This document shows, one piece after another, positions 26,720 through 40,200 of a stretch of DNA of 64,000 nt. How positions within the stretch are numbered: position 1 is the first letter of the stretch; each line of letters opens with the position of its first letter. Below the pieces are notes generated by a model, which worked only from the letters and a program-made list of their open reading frames with translations, ran no database searches and had not been told where the DNA came from. Origin of the DNA: Octopus bimaculoides (Eukaryota); contig NC_068982.1 in assembly GCF_001194135.2 (NCBI RefSeq), positions 141,923,126 through 141,987,125 of the forward strand. Direction: 5' to 3'. The position numbers and the translations under genes were made by a program.

Positions 26720-27340
26720 GATACAACGTCTGACGGCTGTTTCAAGTAGATATAGATTGGTGTGACCGAGGTAATTCCAGCCATAACAATCATCTATATT
26801 CCTCTCATCATAGTTGATCTGAAGGATTTATAAAAGAGTTATTTAAATCTTAATTTAAGAATTTATAAAAATCGAATGAGTGTCGCAACATGATGTTCAG
26901 GTGGATGATATAATTAGAGCAAAAATTACATGTTTAAATACATTATGACGCAAAAGATAATAGTGTTTTAAGATAAATCCAAATACATAAATGTTAACTA
27001 GGTTAAAATGATGTAAACTAATTGTTTTGGGAAACAAGTGAAAAATTTATAAATATTTATGTCTACAAAGAATAAGGACATCCGAGATCTTATTAAGTAA
27101 ATTTATTTTTGTAGCAAGGAGTATATAGATCGCTTCTTTTGTGCAAAATTTACAGTTGCTGGTGTGTGCATTGTATGATGTGGTTTCCGTTATAATGGAC
27201 CAATCTAGACTGAATTCTTTATTGCACATTTTTTGATTTATTAATATGGGTAGATAGTGTAGTTGAATTTTCTTTGTTTCTTGATTAATAAATGAATTTA
27301 AGTGTGCTCTATGTCCAGTCTTAAAATCAGTCGTACTTCA
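26720..27340 (-). mobile_element. Penelope-like element 3' fragment (GIY-YIG endonuclease plus pLTR)
   Basis: Minus strand reads approximately TTDFKTGHRAHLNSFINQE...STTLSTHI, then ORF 27047-27229 (LDWSIITETTSYNAHTSNCKFCTKEAIYIL...LLNKISDVLILCRHKY), typical of a PLE GIY-YIG C-terminus. A degenerate hammerhead follows downstream. Confidence 0.85.
26724..26817 (-). ncRNA. Degenerate type I hammerhead ribozyme with long stem II
   Basis: (a)UGAUGA, long stem II (UAUAGAU/AUCUAUA), GAAA, CAGCCG, UC, AGACGUUG. C3 and the 5' strand of stem I are damaged. Confidence 0.5.
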
Positions 27341-28270
27341 TATGTATATCTTTTTTGATTCACTAATGATTGAAACCTTAACTTTATATATGACCGCCGT
27401 CCTAACGATTCTGCCAGCTTGCTACCTTCGACGCACTAAACTGTAAGTAGTGTTCTAGTTTGAACTCATTCCAGCTCAGAGGGAGTAATACAGGTGAAAC
27501 ACTCTCAGCGCTTTGTTTAGTACGGGACAGTCCCTAATCGAGCAGTTCCTTTATCGAAAACGTGAGCATTTAGATCATTCCATTGTATCTATCTGATTAA
27601 ATTGTCATAGATGACCTATTGTATTAGACGAGAGAGTGTATTTGAAATAAATGTAGACTTTCTATTCCAATCATGTTTCACATCATTGAAATACCCTTTT
27701 GTTCTCCTTAAACTTGGTGCTAGGTTTGCTACGTATACAAAAACATACACACGCGCACTTACAAATNNNNNNNNNNNNNNNNNNNNNNNNNNNNNNNNNN
27801 NNNNNNNNNNNNNNNNNNNNNNNNNNNNNNNNNNNNNNNNNNNNNNNNNNNNNNNNNNNNNNNNNNNNNNNNNNNNNNNNNNNNNNNNNNNNNNNNNNNN
27901 NNNNNNNNNNNNNNNNNNNNNNNNNNNNNNNNNNNNNNNNNNNNNNNNNNNNNNNNNNNNNNNNNNNNNNNNNNNNNNNNNNNNNNNNNNNNNNNNNNNN
28001 NNNNNNNNNNNNNNNNNNNNNNNNNNNNNNNNNNNNNNNNNNNNNNNNNNNNNNNNNNNNNNNNNNNNNNNNNNNNNNNNNNNNNNNNNNNNNNNNNNNN
28101 NNNNNNNNNNNNNNNNNNNNNNNNNNNNNNNNNNNNNNNNNNNNNNNNNNNNNNNNNNNNNNNNNNNNNNNNNNNNNNNNNNNNNNNNNNNNNNNNNNNN
28201 NNNNNNNNNNNNNNNNNNNNNNNNNNNNNNNNNNNNNNNNNNNNNNNNNNNNNNNNNNNNNNNNNNNNNN

Positions 28271-28316
<46 letters not shown>

Positions 28317-30879
28317 AATATTTACATCTTGAAGTAAGCAACTTACAAGAATATCTGTATTTGTAAATTTACTAAACGAATTCACTAGAGGTCACGATTT
28401 TGTCTCCAAATATATTAAGTTCTTCTCCCAGTTTCCCAATGACCAATGTTGCATAAATACATGAATTATAGTTGTGAATGTGTTATGTGTGATGTTAAAG
28501 AACTTCTCAAAAGAAATACAACTAAAATGGAGAAAGTGAACAGCAATATAGAAAAGATTCCTGCAAGAATTTACTTGATTTTGTGCAATCATTGACAAAT
28601 TTGTAATAATTTAGAAGGTAATATTCAAAATTTAAACAAAACAAGTGACATTTTGAAATATTGCTACTTTTCAAGACAGAAGTTGTAAAATTGAAGCACA
28701 ATTTTGTCAGTAGATATTGTAACTCTATGACGCATGTGGATTGTATTGGGCACTCAAATGTATGTATAAAATGATGTGGTTTTAGCAACAGGTAATTCGG
28801 AGAAGACATTTATTTTGTCTTGTAACAAATTTAATAGAAGGCAATAATGATTTTCATAAACATTCGAGGAAAAGGAATTCTAATTTAGTTTCCACTAAAA
28901 TTAGCGCGTAAATCAAGGAGCAACAAAGACACTTCTAATGGTCTGCGTCGGAGAGAATTGAAATAATAACATTACTTAAAACATGTCGGTATTTTATCAT
29001 TTTTGACCGTGAGTGTTGAGATGTATGTTCTCTTTTGTTTTTGTTTTTTGTTTCCATAAAGCTAATCATAACATTATATTGTTAACGCCATTAATAATCC
29101 CAGGGAAATCCTTTTTTCAACAAATCTATCTTTTCAATGTTCTGTAAAATATATTGAAATAAAAGTATTTTAATTCCCACATTTGATGTCACGTAGTAAA
29201 TCATTGCTACATTAAGTTTCGCTTTACATTTTGAGATATAAATCATATACTGATAACCTTGTACTACAGCTTCACAATCTTTTCGGTTATACCAAACTAG
29301 ATCCACTATGTTGACTAATTGAACAAGTAGGTCAAATATAATGTATTCTTTTTCTGGCTTCATCATTGATAGAGTGTCCGCCGTATTACAGTTTTCGGAA
29401 CTGAATCCCCCGGGGTCTAAATACAATGTAGTTTAAGCAAACGGAACTATTCTACGGAACGTTTGGCGACACAGTATACTATCGATTCACCCATCTGCAC
29501 ATTCTCTCGTCGTTTGTAACTATTCTTTGCAAATTAGATTTTTACTATTGTTGCAAATAAATATGTTAACTAATTATGCTTTCTGTTGAAGAGAATAAGC
29601 TGTAATTACGAAGATTCTGCAGTAATGTCTACGAGGAATTCTGTCTTAATGAACATAGGGAAAAGGAAACAATGTTAAATAATGTATTTTGATTAATGGC
29701 AGTCGAATATAATAAAATGAATCATCTAAGAGAAATTGTACGTTTTATATATTATTTATATATAATTTGTTTTTAGTTTAAAAGCGAATGTAATTAAATC
29801 TATCTGTGTATTTCCTCACAGAAATCCCATTACTAAAGGCATTATCCTACAGTACGTTCGCCATTTTTTTTTTTTTCATAAATTCAATTGTAGTTTGGTG
29901 TAAGGAAACGAGGACAAAACATAAGAGAAAGAAAGGGAAAACTATGCAAATAAACAAACATTGTGTGTATATGGGGAACTAGCAGAAATAGAAAAACAAT
30001 GGGTTTGGGGTGGTAAACAGAATGTCGTATAAAATAATGAGAGGAAGAATTTTATTGACAAATATTTATCGTTGATATTATGCCGAATCCCATTTCAAGA
30101 TGGTGAGTAAAATACCCGCATTTTGAAATATTCTGTCAAAATAAGTAGATATTCCACTCAAATACGACTACACTTTATGAGCGTGCAAACATCTTTAGGA
30201 TAATTACTTCTCAGACAGCTCTTAGGATTTTTCATGTAAATATAGCGTTTCTTGTTTTATAATATAAACATCTTATTTCCAACAAAAGGATTCATAATTA
30301 GATTTTGAAGCTATCATTGTATGACTTCCAAATTTATTCACTGGATATTTCAGTAATTGCACCAGCAAACAATACAAGCTTTGCATAAGGAATTCTGCCA
30401 TAAAAGAATTACTGCTGTAGATATTAATGTCTTCGGAGTGCATATGCCATTCCCCTGTTTCTATTAAAACATTAAAAGATTATTCGAATTCATATGCATT
30501 TCATTTTGGAATTATTGCCATGTTGTGAATAATAAACACAATGCTTTCTTGGTTGGTACATTTCATCTGCGTGATTGACTGCTTTATTAATAAGAAGAAG
30601 CCTCTAACTTTTAATGCTCGAAACAATATGGCTCCCTTAATAACTGTACGACTTTACATTACAATTCTTAATGACTTTGTTTACTACAAATCGAAATAGG
30701 AATTCCTACTATGTCGATTGATTTGCGGGATATAGCAACCAATTTTTTGTCGTATCACAGACAACTGTCAGATAAAAAGAAATTGACTGTGGAAAAATTA
30801 TGCTAGAAAACGTTAAAAAGAAATTTGAAGATGGTATAGTTACATCTAGAATACATGAGTACATGGGGTCTCTTCAGCT

Positions 30880-31180
30880 AAGGCGAACCTGGCATTAAAC
30901 AATAATAGAAAGTATAGTAACTAGGATTTATATTGTAATTACATACTGAGAGGACAGACACGATATTTCCCACCAGGTAAAGAAATCTAAATACTAAGAC
31001 TTAGTCGACGAGACCCTTGTCAAAGGCTAGCATGCAGCCTCATTTCCCATAGAAGCAGACTGCCACTACTTCCCATCGAGGTCAGTGGGCTATTTCTTTC
31101 AGAAGTTTGGACCGGTACCAAGACAACTGAAGAGAGCCATGAAGGAAACAGGCATGGCAACTTCAACTAGTTGATAAAAT
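30880..31180 (+). mobile_element. HERO-like RLE non-LTR retrotransposon 3' fragment
   Basis: Plus frame reads TY*EDRHDISHQVKKSKY*DLVDETLVKG*HAASFPIEADCHYFPSRSVGYFFQKFG...RAMKETGMA. This matches the RLE pattern PWE...K..KY..L......GW....FPIEVG, with stops at expected W and Q codons. Confidence 0.7.
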
Positions 31181-31394
31181 ACCGCAAATGGAACGATGCC
31201 ATGAGTGAAGTTTAGCTCAGTCCTTTCTGCCCCACTCAGATGAATTATACAGGGTAAGAAAAGAAGCGCGTGTAACCTTGATATAGTTCCTGACGATATG
31301 GAAGTGTTTCCTGCACTGCAATCGATTTAGAAGACCTTGCAAAACATTTGAATATCTCCTGCAGTTTCTGCAGGGGCGAAGCATGTGATGCTTA

Positions 31395-31560
31395 GTTCAA
31401 CTGTAGATGTATACACTGAACTCAACACGTTTTTTGTTCATTCTCTCTTTATTTCCTCTTATTCCTTTCTGTCGAAGAGCGTAGCGTCGAAACGTAAAGG
31501 ACATTTACATTTTGCCTGAGCGTCAATCTTATATACTTGATTGTTGTTCATACATCTGTT
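31395..31560 (+). mobile_element. PLE pLTR-like repeat with variant hammerhead motif (31464-31500)
   Basis: About 100 bp is homologous to the reverse complement of 47701-47800. The motif is CCTTT-CTGTCGA-A-GAGCGTAGCGTC-GAAA-CG-TA-AAGG, with stem II mutated. Confidence 0.65.
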
Positions 31561-32299
31561 TTCGTCGTTTCAGCCATATATAGCCGTAGACTGAACAAGT
31601 AAATAATTTAGATGGTGACATATAATAGAAATTTGAAGTTATGAAGTAGACAGCAGGCTGTCAGTAAAACTACGATTGAGACGTTAAGGAAATATGATTT
31701 AAGTAACAAATACGAACTAATGACATTTGTACACCTATATTATATTGACAAGGGCATATATACAATTATGTTCTTTATCGGAAGAGTAGGAGGTGAATAC
31801 CAATCCTAAATTGCATATAGAGCTGTGGTCGGATGCTATTCTTCATCTAAATCTTGTCGAGTTTCTTCTTTTTCTTTTCTTCTTACTTTCATGATAACAT
31901 ATGATCTCCCTCCGTTAAAAAATTTCCGTAATAATATATTATCATTCCACCTGGAATATATTCTGGTTCGTCTTCATGCAACTATATTGTTGAATTTAGA
32001 TCCAGAAATTTGCTAATATCTCCATGAATTATCTATCAGCAGTGTTGTCAGTATTTAAACATTTTTCTGTTTCTGAAGTGCGCTTGGAGAGATGAACAAC
32101 ATTAATGTCTATACACACGTGGAGCATACTGCCCAACAATGTACTCTACGTTTAACAAAATTCTGTATCTTTTATATCCGGCTAAATAGAGTCTGTTCAT
32201 TACACTTTTGAGAGTTGTGTGCATTTGAGCATGGTAGTAGCTTCCTATTACTATCCAATACATGGGTTATCGTTATTTTAATCTGGCTAACTAGCAGAA

Positions 32300-32620
32300 A
32301 TGTTTGAGGGTGAGAAAAATCTATTGCAGTGTGAGGTGCCGCTTTTAAAGTCCGGGGTTCAAATGCCGCTCAGGTCAAAATGAAAGAGATTATCTGGCAT
32401 ACTAGTTAGCGTGTCAAAACAAAATGTCTGGAGAATTTCTTACGACCCATTACGATCTTAAATCGTTCAATTCCGCCTGGAGGTTAATTTTTGTCTTTCA
32501 TCCATCTGGGACTGATAATACTGAGTATCTGTCAAATGCTGTGGTTTATGACATCGACTAATCTATCCACCCAATATTGCTGGCCTTTTGCCGAAATTAG
32601 AAGTCATTCAAGAGAATTTC
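32300..32620 (+). mobile_element. Highly diverged family A SINE remnants
   Basis: GGGGTTCAAATGCCGCTCAGGTC and TTTGTCTTTCATCCATCTGGGACTGATAATACTGAGTA resemble the consensus. Confidence 0.55.
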
Positions 32621-33906
32621 AAGAATTATTAACGCATCGGAGAACATGCTTTGAGACATTTCTTTTGTCTCTTTACATACTTAGTTCAAATTCTGCCAGT
32701 TGAACGATGGAGGCGATGATTTGGAGGAAAAACATGAAAGGCGCATTTAGTGGTTGTTTTTTATTGGCAGAAAGTCGATATATTAGACAATATACATCAT
32801 TTTTAAAACTAACAACCGTTTAAAACCTAAATTCAGCAGAGAAAAAGAACGTCAATGTCTCCGGTAAAATAAATTGAGAATATCTTGTTTTTTTATTTTT
32901 GTTTACGACAGTTTTCTGCATTATTTACTTAGTTTTGATAATCCTAAGTGGTATATTTACTGTGTTCGTGCCATAAAAGGTACGTGATCACATTATATGC
33001 ACCCAAATTTCAGCAGCGCATATTCGTAGACAAAGTGTTTTCGTGTATGCATGCGAGATCTGGGGAGTTTTTTTTTTTTTGACACATTTTAAGAGAAAAT
33101 ATGCGTCTTATATGCAATGTACGATAACTGTCTATACACATTTATGTGGATATTACGCTTAGGGTTTATGTTGGCGATATCTGTACTCGCATCTGTTTTC
33201 ATTTTCTCAAGCATGACAACGTTTGCGGTTCTTTTTTTTTTTAAATTGTTGCTATTTTAAGATATGTCGAGGTTCTGTTGATCCGCGCAGTAGAACTGAT
33301 TTTGTCCATTGCAGGCAAGTTCCCTGGCGGCTATAGGTGTTTTCTCCTTTGCTTTCCCAATCTTCTTCATATTTGTTCAGAGTTTATTTCATTTTCATTT
33401 CCTCATTAATAGATATTATTCTCAATTTGCATCATATTTGTAAGTGTTGATGTTTGTTTGACCTCAAACATTTTCACAAATTCTTAACCAATGTTTTTTA
33501 CATTCTGCATAGAAAGAAAAATGACCCTGACATATCGTATGAAGAAAAAACCCCACGCCTAAGACGCTAAATGTAAAACAGAGAGTAAACAATAGTTGAA
33601 ATGGAGTGATAAGATTTCCTTCTGCTCCGCTTTCTCATATTAATCTAATCTCATTTCCATTATCTCGTACAAACATAAACTATAAACAGATTATAGAGGG
33701 TATGTATGAATAAATTTGCCATTTATATTTTCGAAAAGTAACTTTAGTTACAAACATTATAGAAGGTAAATAATAATATTATATCTAAGTGGTTCACTTA
33801 AATTTAATTGTATCAACTAAAAATAAATCTTACACATTTTATACTATATATAATGGATTGAGAAAATTAAATAACTGAAATGCAAAACACCACCGACACA
33901 CACGCG

Positions 33907-33952
<46 letters not shown>

Positions 33953-36900
33953 NNNNNNNNNNNNNNNNNNNNNNNNNNNNNNNNNNNNNNNNNNNNNNNN
34001 NNNNNNNNNNNNNNNNNNNNNNNNNNNNNNNNNNNNNNNNNNNNNNNNNNNNNNNNNNNNNNNNNNNNNNNNNNNNNNNNNNNNNNNNNNNNNNNNNNNN
34101 NNNNNNNNNNNNNNNNNNNNNNNNNNNNNNNNNNNNNNNNNNNNNNNNNNNNNNNNNNNNNNNNNNNNNNNNNNNNNNNNNNNNNNNNNNNNNNNNNNNN
34201 NNNNNNNNNNNNNNNNNNNNNNNNNNNNNNNNNNNNNNNNNNNNNNNNNNNNNNNNNNNNNNNNNNNNNNNNNNNNNNNNNNNNNNNNNNNNNNNNNNNN
34301 NNNNNNNNNNNNNNNNNNNNNNNNNNNNNNNNNNNNNNNNNNNNNNNNNNNNNNNNNNNNNNNNNNNNNNNNNNNNNNNNNNNNNNNNNNNNNNNNNNNN
34401 NNNNNNNNNNNNNNNNNNNNNNNNNNNNNNNNNNNNNNNNNNNNNNNNNNNNNNNNNNNNNNNNNNNNNNNNNNNNNNNNNNNNNNNNNNNNNNNNNNNN
34501 NNNNNNNNNNNNNNNNNNNNNNNNNNNNNNNNNNNNNNNNNNNNNNNNNNNNGTGTGTGTGTGTGTGTGTGTGTGCAAACGCACACACATACTTATATAT
34601 TTATATATATATACATATATGTATATATATAAACATCAATGTGTGCGCGCGTGTGTGTGTGTTTGTGCGTGTGTGTATATATGTGTGTGTGTGTGTGTGT
34701 ATGTGTGTGTGGGTGTGTGTGGGTGTGTGTACAATATTACAAACTGCGCTATCAAGTGATTTCATCCACTGGGAATTAGCTTTTTGACAGCAAACAACAC
34801 AGACGTCAAATTTTAATATTTCATATGTAGAGATACCATTTTGCAGCTGCTATTCTACCTCAACCAAATGAAAAACCGAAATTTATGCTCCGGCGAGATC
34901 TTTTTTCTTTTTTTTAGGTGATTAGAGAATACATATTGCATTAGATTTCTTATATGGCAGCATTTGAACTTTTGGATCAACTACAAAATAGACTATCTCT
35001 GCTATCTCCGTTAAGAGCAAAATATATACCGAATGATTACAGGACTGTCCTTCTTTTCGTACGACGTGTCGCAAATTCAATTACATCCCTGTAAATAAAA
35101 TACATGTTATCCATTATTCGTCCCTGGCGTTATTAATTATTTCCTTAGATGTAGCATTTAGCATTGTTAATATATCATCTACTATATATCTGACTAAATT
35201 GCGATGATGAGATGAAATAAACTGATGCGATTAGGTTAGTATCACCTTTTATCAGAACTATCAAAATGGTTCCCTTAAGCAAGGGACTTAAATTTTTCCT
35301 GACAATTTATCCTTTTTCTTTGAGAATCGCCAATAATTACCATGAGATTTGGTTTTCTTTTGAGAACTAAACAATATTACTTTATTCGTTTATATCGAAT
35401 ATCTTCTCGTTACCTTTATACGTACTTGAATTACATTCAATATTTTATACGAAACATTTCATTCAACAGAATTCTGCATATTGGATTAATCCCTTGTTCA
35501 TATGTATACATTGAGCTGACTTTGGTTTTACGTACTATGGATTTCTTTATCTATATTCATATTACGTGTTCCTCCGTGTTTCTTATTTTCAAGAAAAACT
35601 TTGCATTTTATTAAAAAGTACTTCATAACTAGTTAAGTGTAGATCAGTTGTAAGATATGTAACTCGTACCAATTTGATGCTGCTCTGATAAGACATACAC
35701 ATCCATGAGGTACATCGTTTCACTTCAGAACATCCTTACTTACATTATATTTGGATTAGAATATCTGGTAAAAAGCGCCAATAAAATGAACAATTGGATA
35801 CGAAATGAAATCCCATTTGATATAATACTTTCCTCATAAGGATCGGATAAATGATGATGTTTCTTACTTGGCTCAGTACAATCATCTCCAATTTATCATG
35901 ACATCTGTCATATATTTATCGCACTTTTTTTAAATGCAATAAATTTTATGATTAACTGGATGTTCGTTATTATCCCATGAACAGATTCTGAAATCTGTGA
36001 AAACGGTTTTTCCTCTTAATCAATAAATACAATGCGAAGATATTCTAGGCACCAGTTCATGTATTACCCTCGATGATCCTATTGCAGTGATATATACTTC
36101 TTGACACTTTGAATAACGTATAAGCTTACCACATAGCGTAAGATGCTTCTACAACATAGCTTTATCGCCTGATATAACTTCACCGAAATTATTTACCTTT
36201 GCTCAAACACTTTGTGGTTTAGATCTTTTTCATTTAGATTAAATCCTTTTCATTGTTGTATTTATTTTTATTTACGTTTTGATACTATATACAAATTGCG
36301 TTTTCATCTTTCTCTGTATCATATTTTACCATATTTTTCCTTGGGCTTAAAACCATCCTATATTATATGTCTTAAAGAAATAATACATATGCTTTCACAG
36401 AATTGCAGCTCCTACAATATATTTGTTGATATTTCTTATGTCTGGTTTTATTGATGTTCACATCTGTTTCTACAACGTCTAGGGTAGTTTCTGATTGCTA
36501 TTGTAGTTGATATTTTCTCATTAATTTTTATCTTTGATACTAGGTTTCGATAGTCCATAGGAAGATCTTCAATCGATTTTAATTCTTTACCATTTTCTAC
36601 ATTTAGCTTATCGTCATGTTCAATATATATTTATTTCCCATCTTTTCATTTTTCTTTACTTACATGTTTGTAATATTCTAATATTCAATTGTGTTCAGAG
36701 TTTCTAGATCGATATTACGTGCTTATCCAAGCTGTGGGTGTACACGCATGCACACACTCACACACACTCATACATGCACGCACACAAGCATACACACGCG
36801 CGCAAACTTACAGAGGCATTCGCACACTGACAAACTCACAAACTCACAAACTCAAGTACGTATATATGCGTAAACCTCATGTGTCCGTGTGTTTGTATGT

Positions 36901-37009
36901 TCATGTATATATGCATGAAGACACATACATAACTGTATACGTGTGTATATAATTATACTATACATGTGTTCACACAAACGTATGTATGCATATATATGTA
37001 TATATATGT

Positions 37010-37086
<77 letters not shown>

Positions 37087-37565
37087 ATATGTATATATNN
37101 NNNNNNNNNNNNNNNNNNNNNNNNNNNNNNNNNNNNNNNNNNNNNNNNNNNNNNNNNNNNNNNNNNNNNNNNNNNNNNNNNNNNNNNNNNNNNNNNNNNN
37201 NNNNNNNNNNNNNNNNNNNNNNNNNNNNNNNNNNNNNNNNNNNNNNNNNNNNNNNNNNNNNNNNNNNNNNNNNNNNNNNNNNNNNNNNNNNNNNNNNNNN
37301 NNNNNNNNNNNNNNNNNNNNNNNNNNNNNNNNNNNNNNNNNNNNNNNNNNNNNNNNNNNNNNNNNNNNNNNNNNNNNNNNNNNNNNNNNNNNNNNNNNNN
37401 NNNNNNNNNNNNNNNNTATATATGCATATATTCAATATGGTTCTCCAGTATGACTGCAGTCGAAGGACTGAAATAGATAAAAGAATAAAAGAACGTGTAC
37501 ACATACATGTAGAAATGTGTAAGAAATAATGTGTGCTTGTGTATTAATGTGCCTGTGTGCCTGTG

Positions 37566-37622
<57 letters not shown>

Positions 37623-38689
37623 ATTGGTTTTGCTAGATACGGTGTATAGCTCGTTTATTTTACTTATGAGATCTATGCTTACAACTTTTTGTGGTTTTTA
37701 TGAATTTATTTTTGTAGTTTGTAGTTATGTCTTTATTTAGATGTTTATGATGATGCTTCCATCGAGTTTTCCTTCAATATACATTGCATGTATTCGTTTT
37801 GAAATGTGTATCAGCTGCAATTATTTAGTCAGTAATATCCAAATTTACTTATAGATCCGGGCGAGGCTATCCTTAGACATAATAATTGATAGTCTCAGAG
37901 AGAAAATTCAACTAATAGTGGAATGTGATTCATTTTGAGGTCAACTCTGCTTTTAGTATTTTCTTTGTGAATCTTTGAAATTAAAGTCTGAACTTTTTAA
38001 TTAATGTCATCATTAATTAGCTACTTTAAATATTATGATCTTCGCTGTGTTTTGACTTTTCTTTATCTAATTCAAACAAGCTATGCTTTTATATTTTTCG
38101 TTTATATATTTATTTTTCTTTCAGGCTGCAATCGATTTCCTTTGTATGTCGTCTGATTGTACTTTGGTCAGTCTTGTAACAATTTCCTTTTACAATCATC
38201 TTGCTGTATAAGCATGAAGTGATCCTGAACGAACAAACAAAAAGTTTAATACTTTCTCAGTTGTGTCACTCCTATTTCAGAAAGACTCTGTGCTACTTTT
38301 GAAACTATAGTCTCTCTTTCTAGCACATCGAATGACCACGTAAAGACCCTAATGTCGTTCGCTCTGAAATACTTTTCTGATGTAGCATCGCTTAGACTAT
38401 CATGACTAATGTAAAACATATCTCATCAGGCAAATCAAGCATTTATAACCGGACACATAATATGGTAAGCAACAATTTATGTGTTTCCATGCTAGTAATG
38501 CTCTGAGATAACCGTGATTTATCATTCTTTTATATTTATTTTTGTGCAGACATTGTATTATAAATTTAATTCGTCTAATTATATTGTGTATGCCATCATT
38601 TCACTCTTTAAGATTCACTAGTTCTTCCTACACAATAAATCTTCTTAAGCCCCTTGTTAAAAGCTTATTTGTGACTTCTGCCTCATAAA

Positions 38690-38690
38690 A

Positions 38691-38759
<69 letters not shown>

Positions 38760-38783
38760 GATTATTATCATTATTATTATTAA

Positions 38784-38819
<36 letters not shown>

Positions 38820-38960
38820 TATTATTATTATTATAACAAAAAATAACAATAATAATAATAATGGCAATAATAGTAATAATAACAACAATAACAACAACAA
38901 CAACAGCAACATCAACAACAACAACAACAATAACAACAATAACAACAACAACAACAACAA
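38690..38960. repeat. (ATT)n followed by (AAT)/(AAC)n microsatellite
   Basis: Read directly from the sequence. Confidence 0.95.
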
Positions 38961-38976
38961 GAATTATGATAATAAG

Positions 38977-39510
38977 ATGCAGTACCAGGCAATGGCTCTC
39001 ATGGCTTCTCATTTTAACTGATTGGAAGTGTTATCATGTACATTGTTTTGTCTTGGTATAAAAAGATGGGCTACAGCAAATATTCTGCTCAATACCACAG
39101 ATTTGCTTGTTAGTTGCGTGACCGTAACCAGTTGAGCATGTCCCTTAGTGGCTGACGATATGGGCATCTCTGATCATGAGCAGAAGTAGTCGGGAAGAAC
39201 ATAGCCATGTTTTGAAAGAAATTCTTTAGTTTTGGAAACATGTGTCTTTCGTTCAACATCCTTAAATAAACTTTATTCAAGGACCTTTAGATTGGGATGG
39301 GCTACTCGACCTGAAGAAAATATTCTAAATAGGTCCTACCTGCAAGATCATGCGCTGTTTATCTTGATATGAAATCACCATGTCGCTCACATATGGTTTT
39401 GATGCATGTGCCTGGTATGACCTTATTAAATGTGTAATCATAATGGGTATACTGGGCTTCGTATATTTTACCCCAGTGTCACTTTGATGGCATGCAGTGC
39501 TCTCTCATTC
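38977..39510 (+). mobile_element. Non-coding ~535 bp interspersed element flanked by AAT/AAC repeats
   Basis: Starts ATGCAGTACCAGGC after an (AAC/AAT)n tract and ends CTCTCTCATTC-AATAATAAC. Its 3' end recurs at 17918-17973. No ORF and no Pol III boxes seen. Confidence 0.7.
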
Positions 39511-39519
39511 AATAATAAC

Positions 39520-40200
<681 letters not shown>

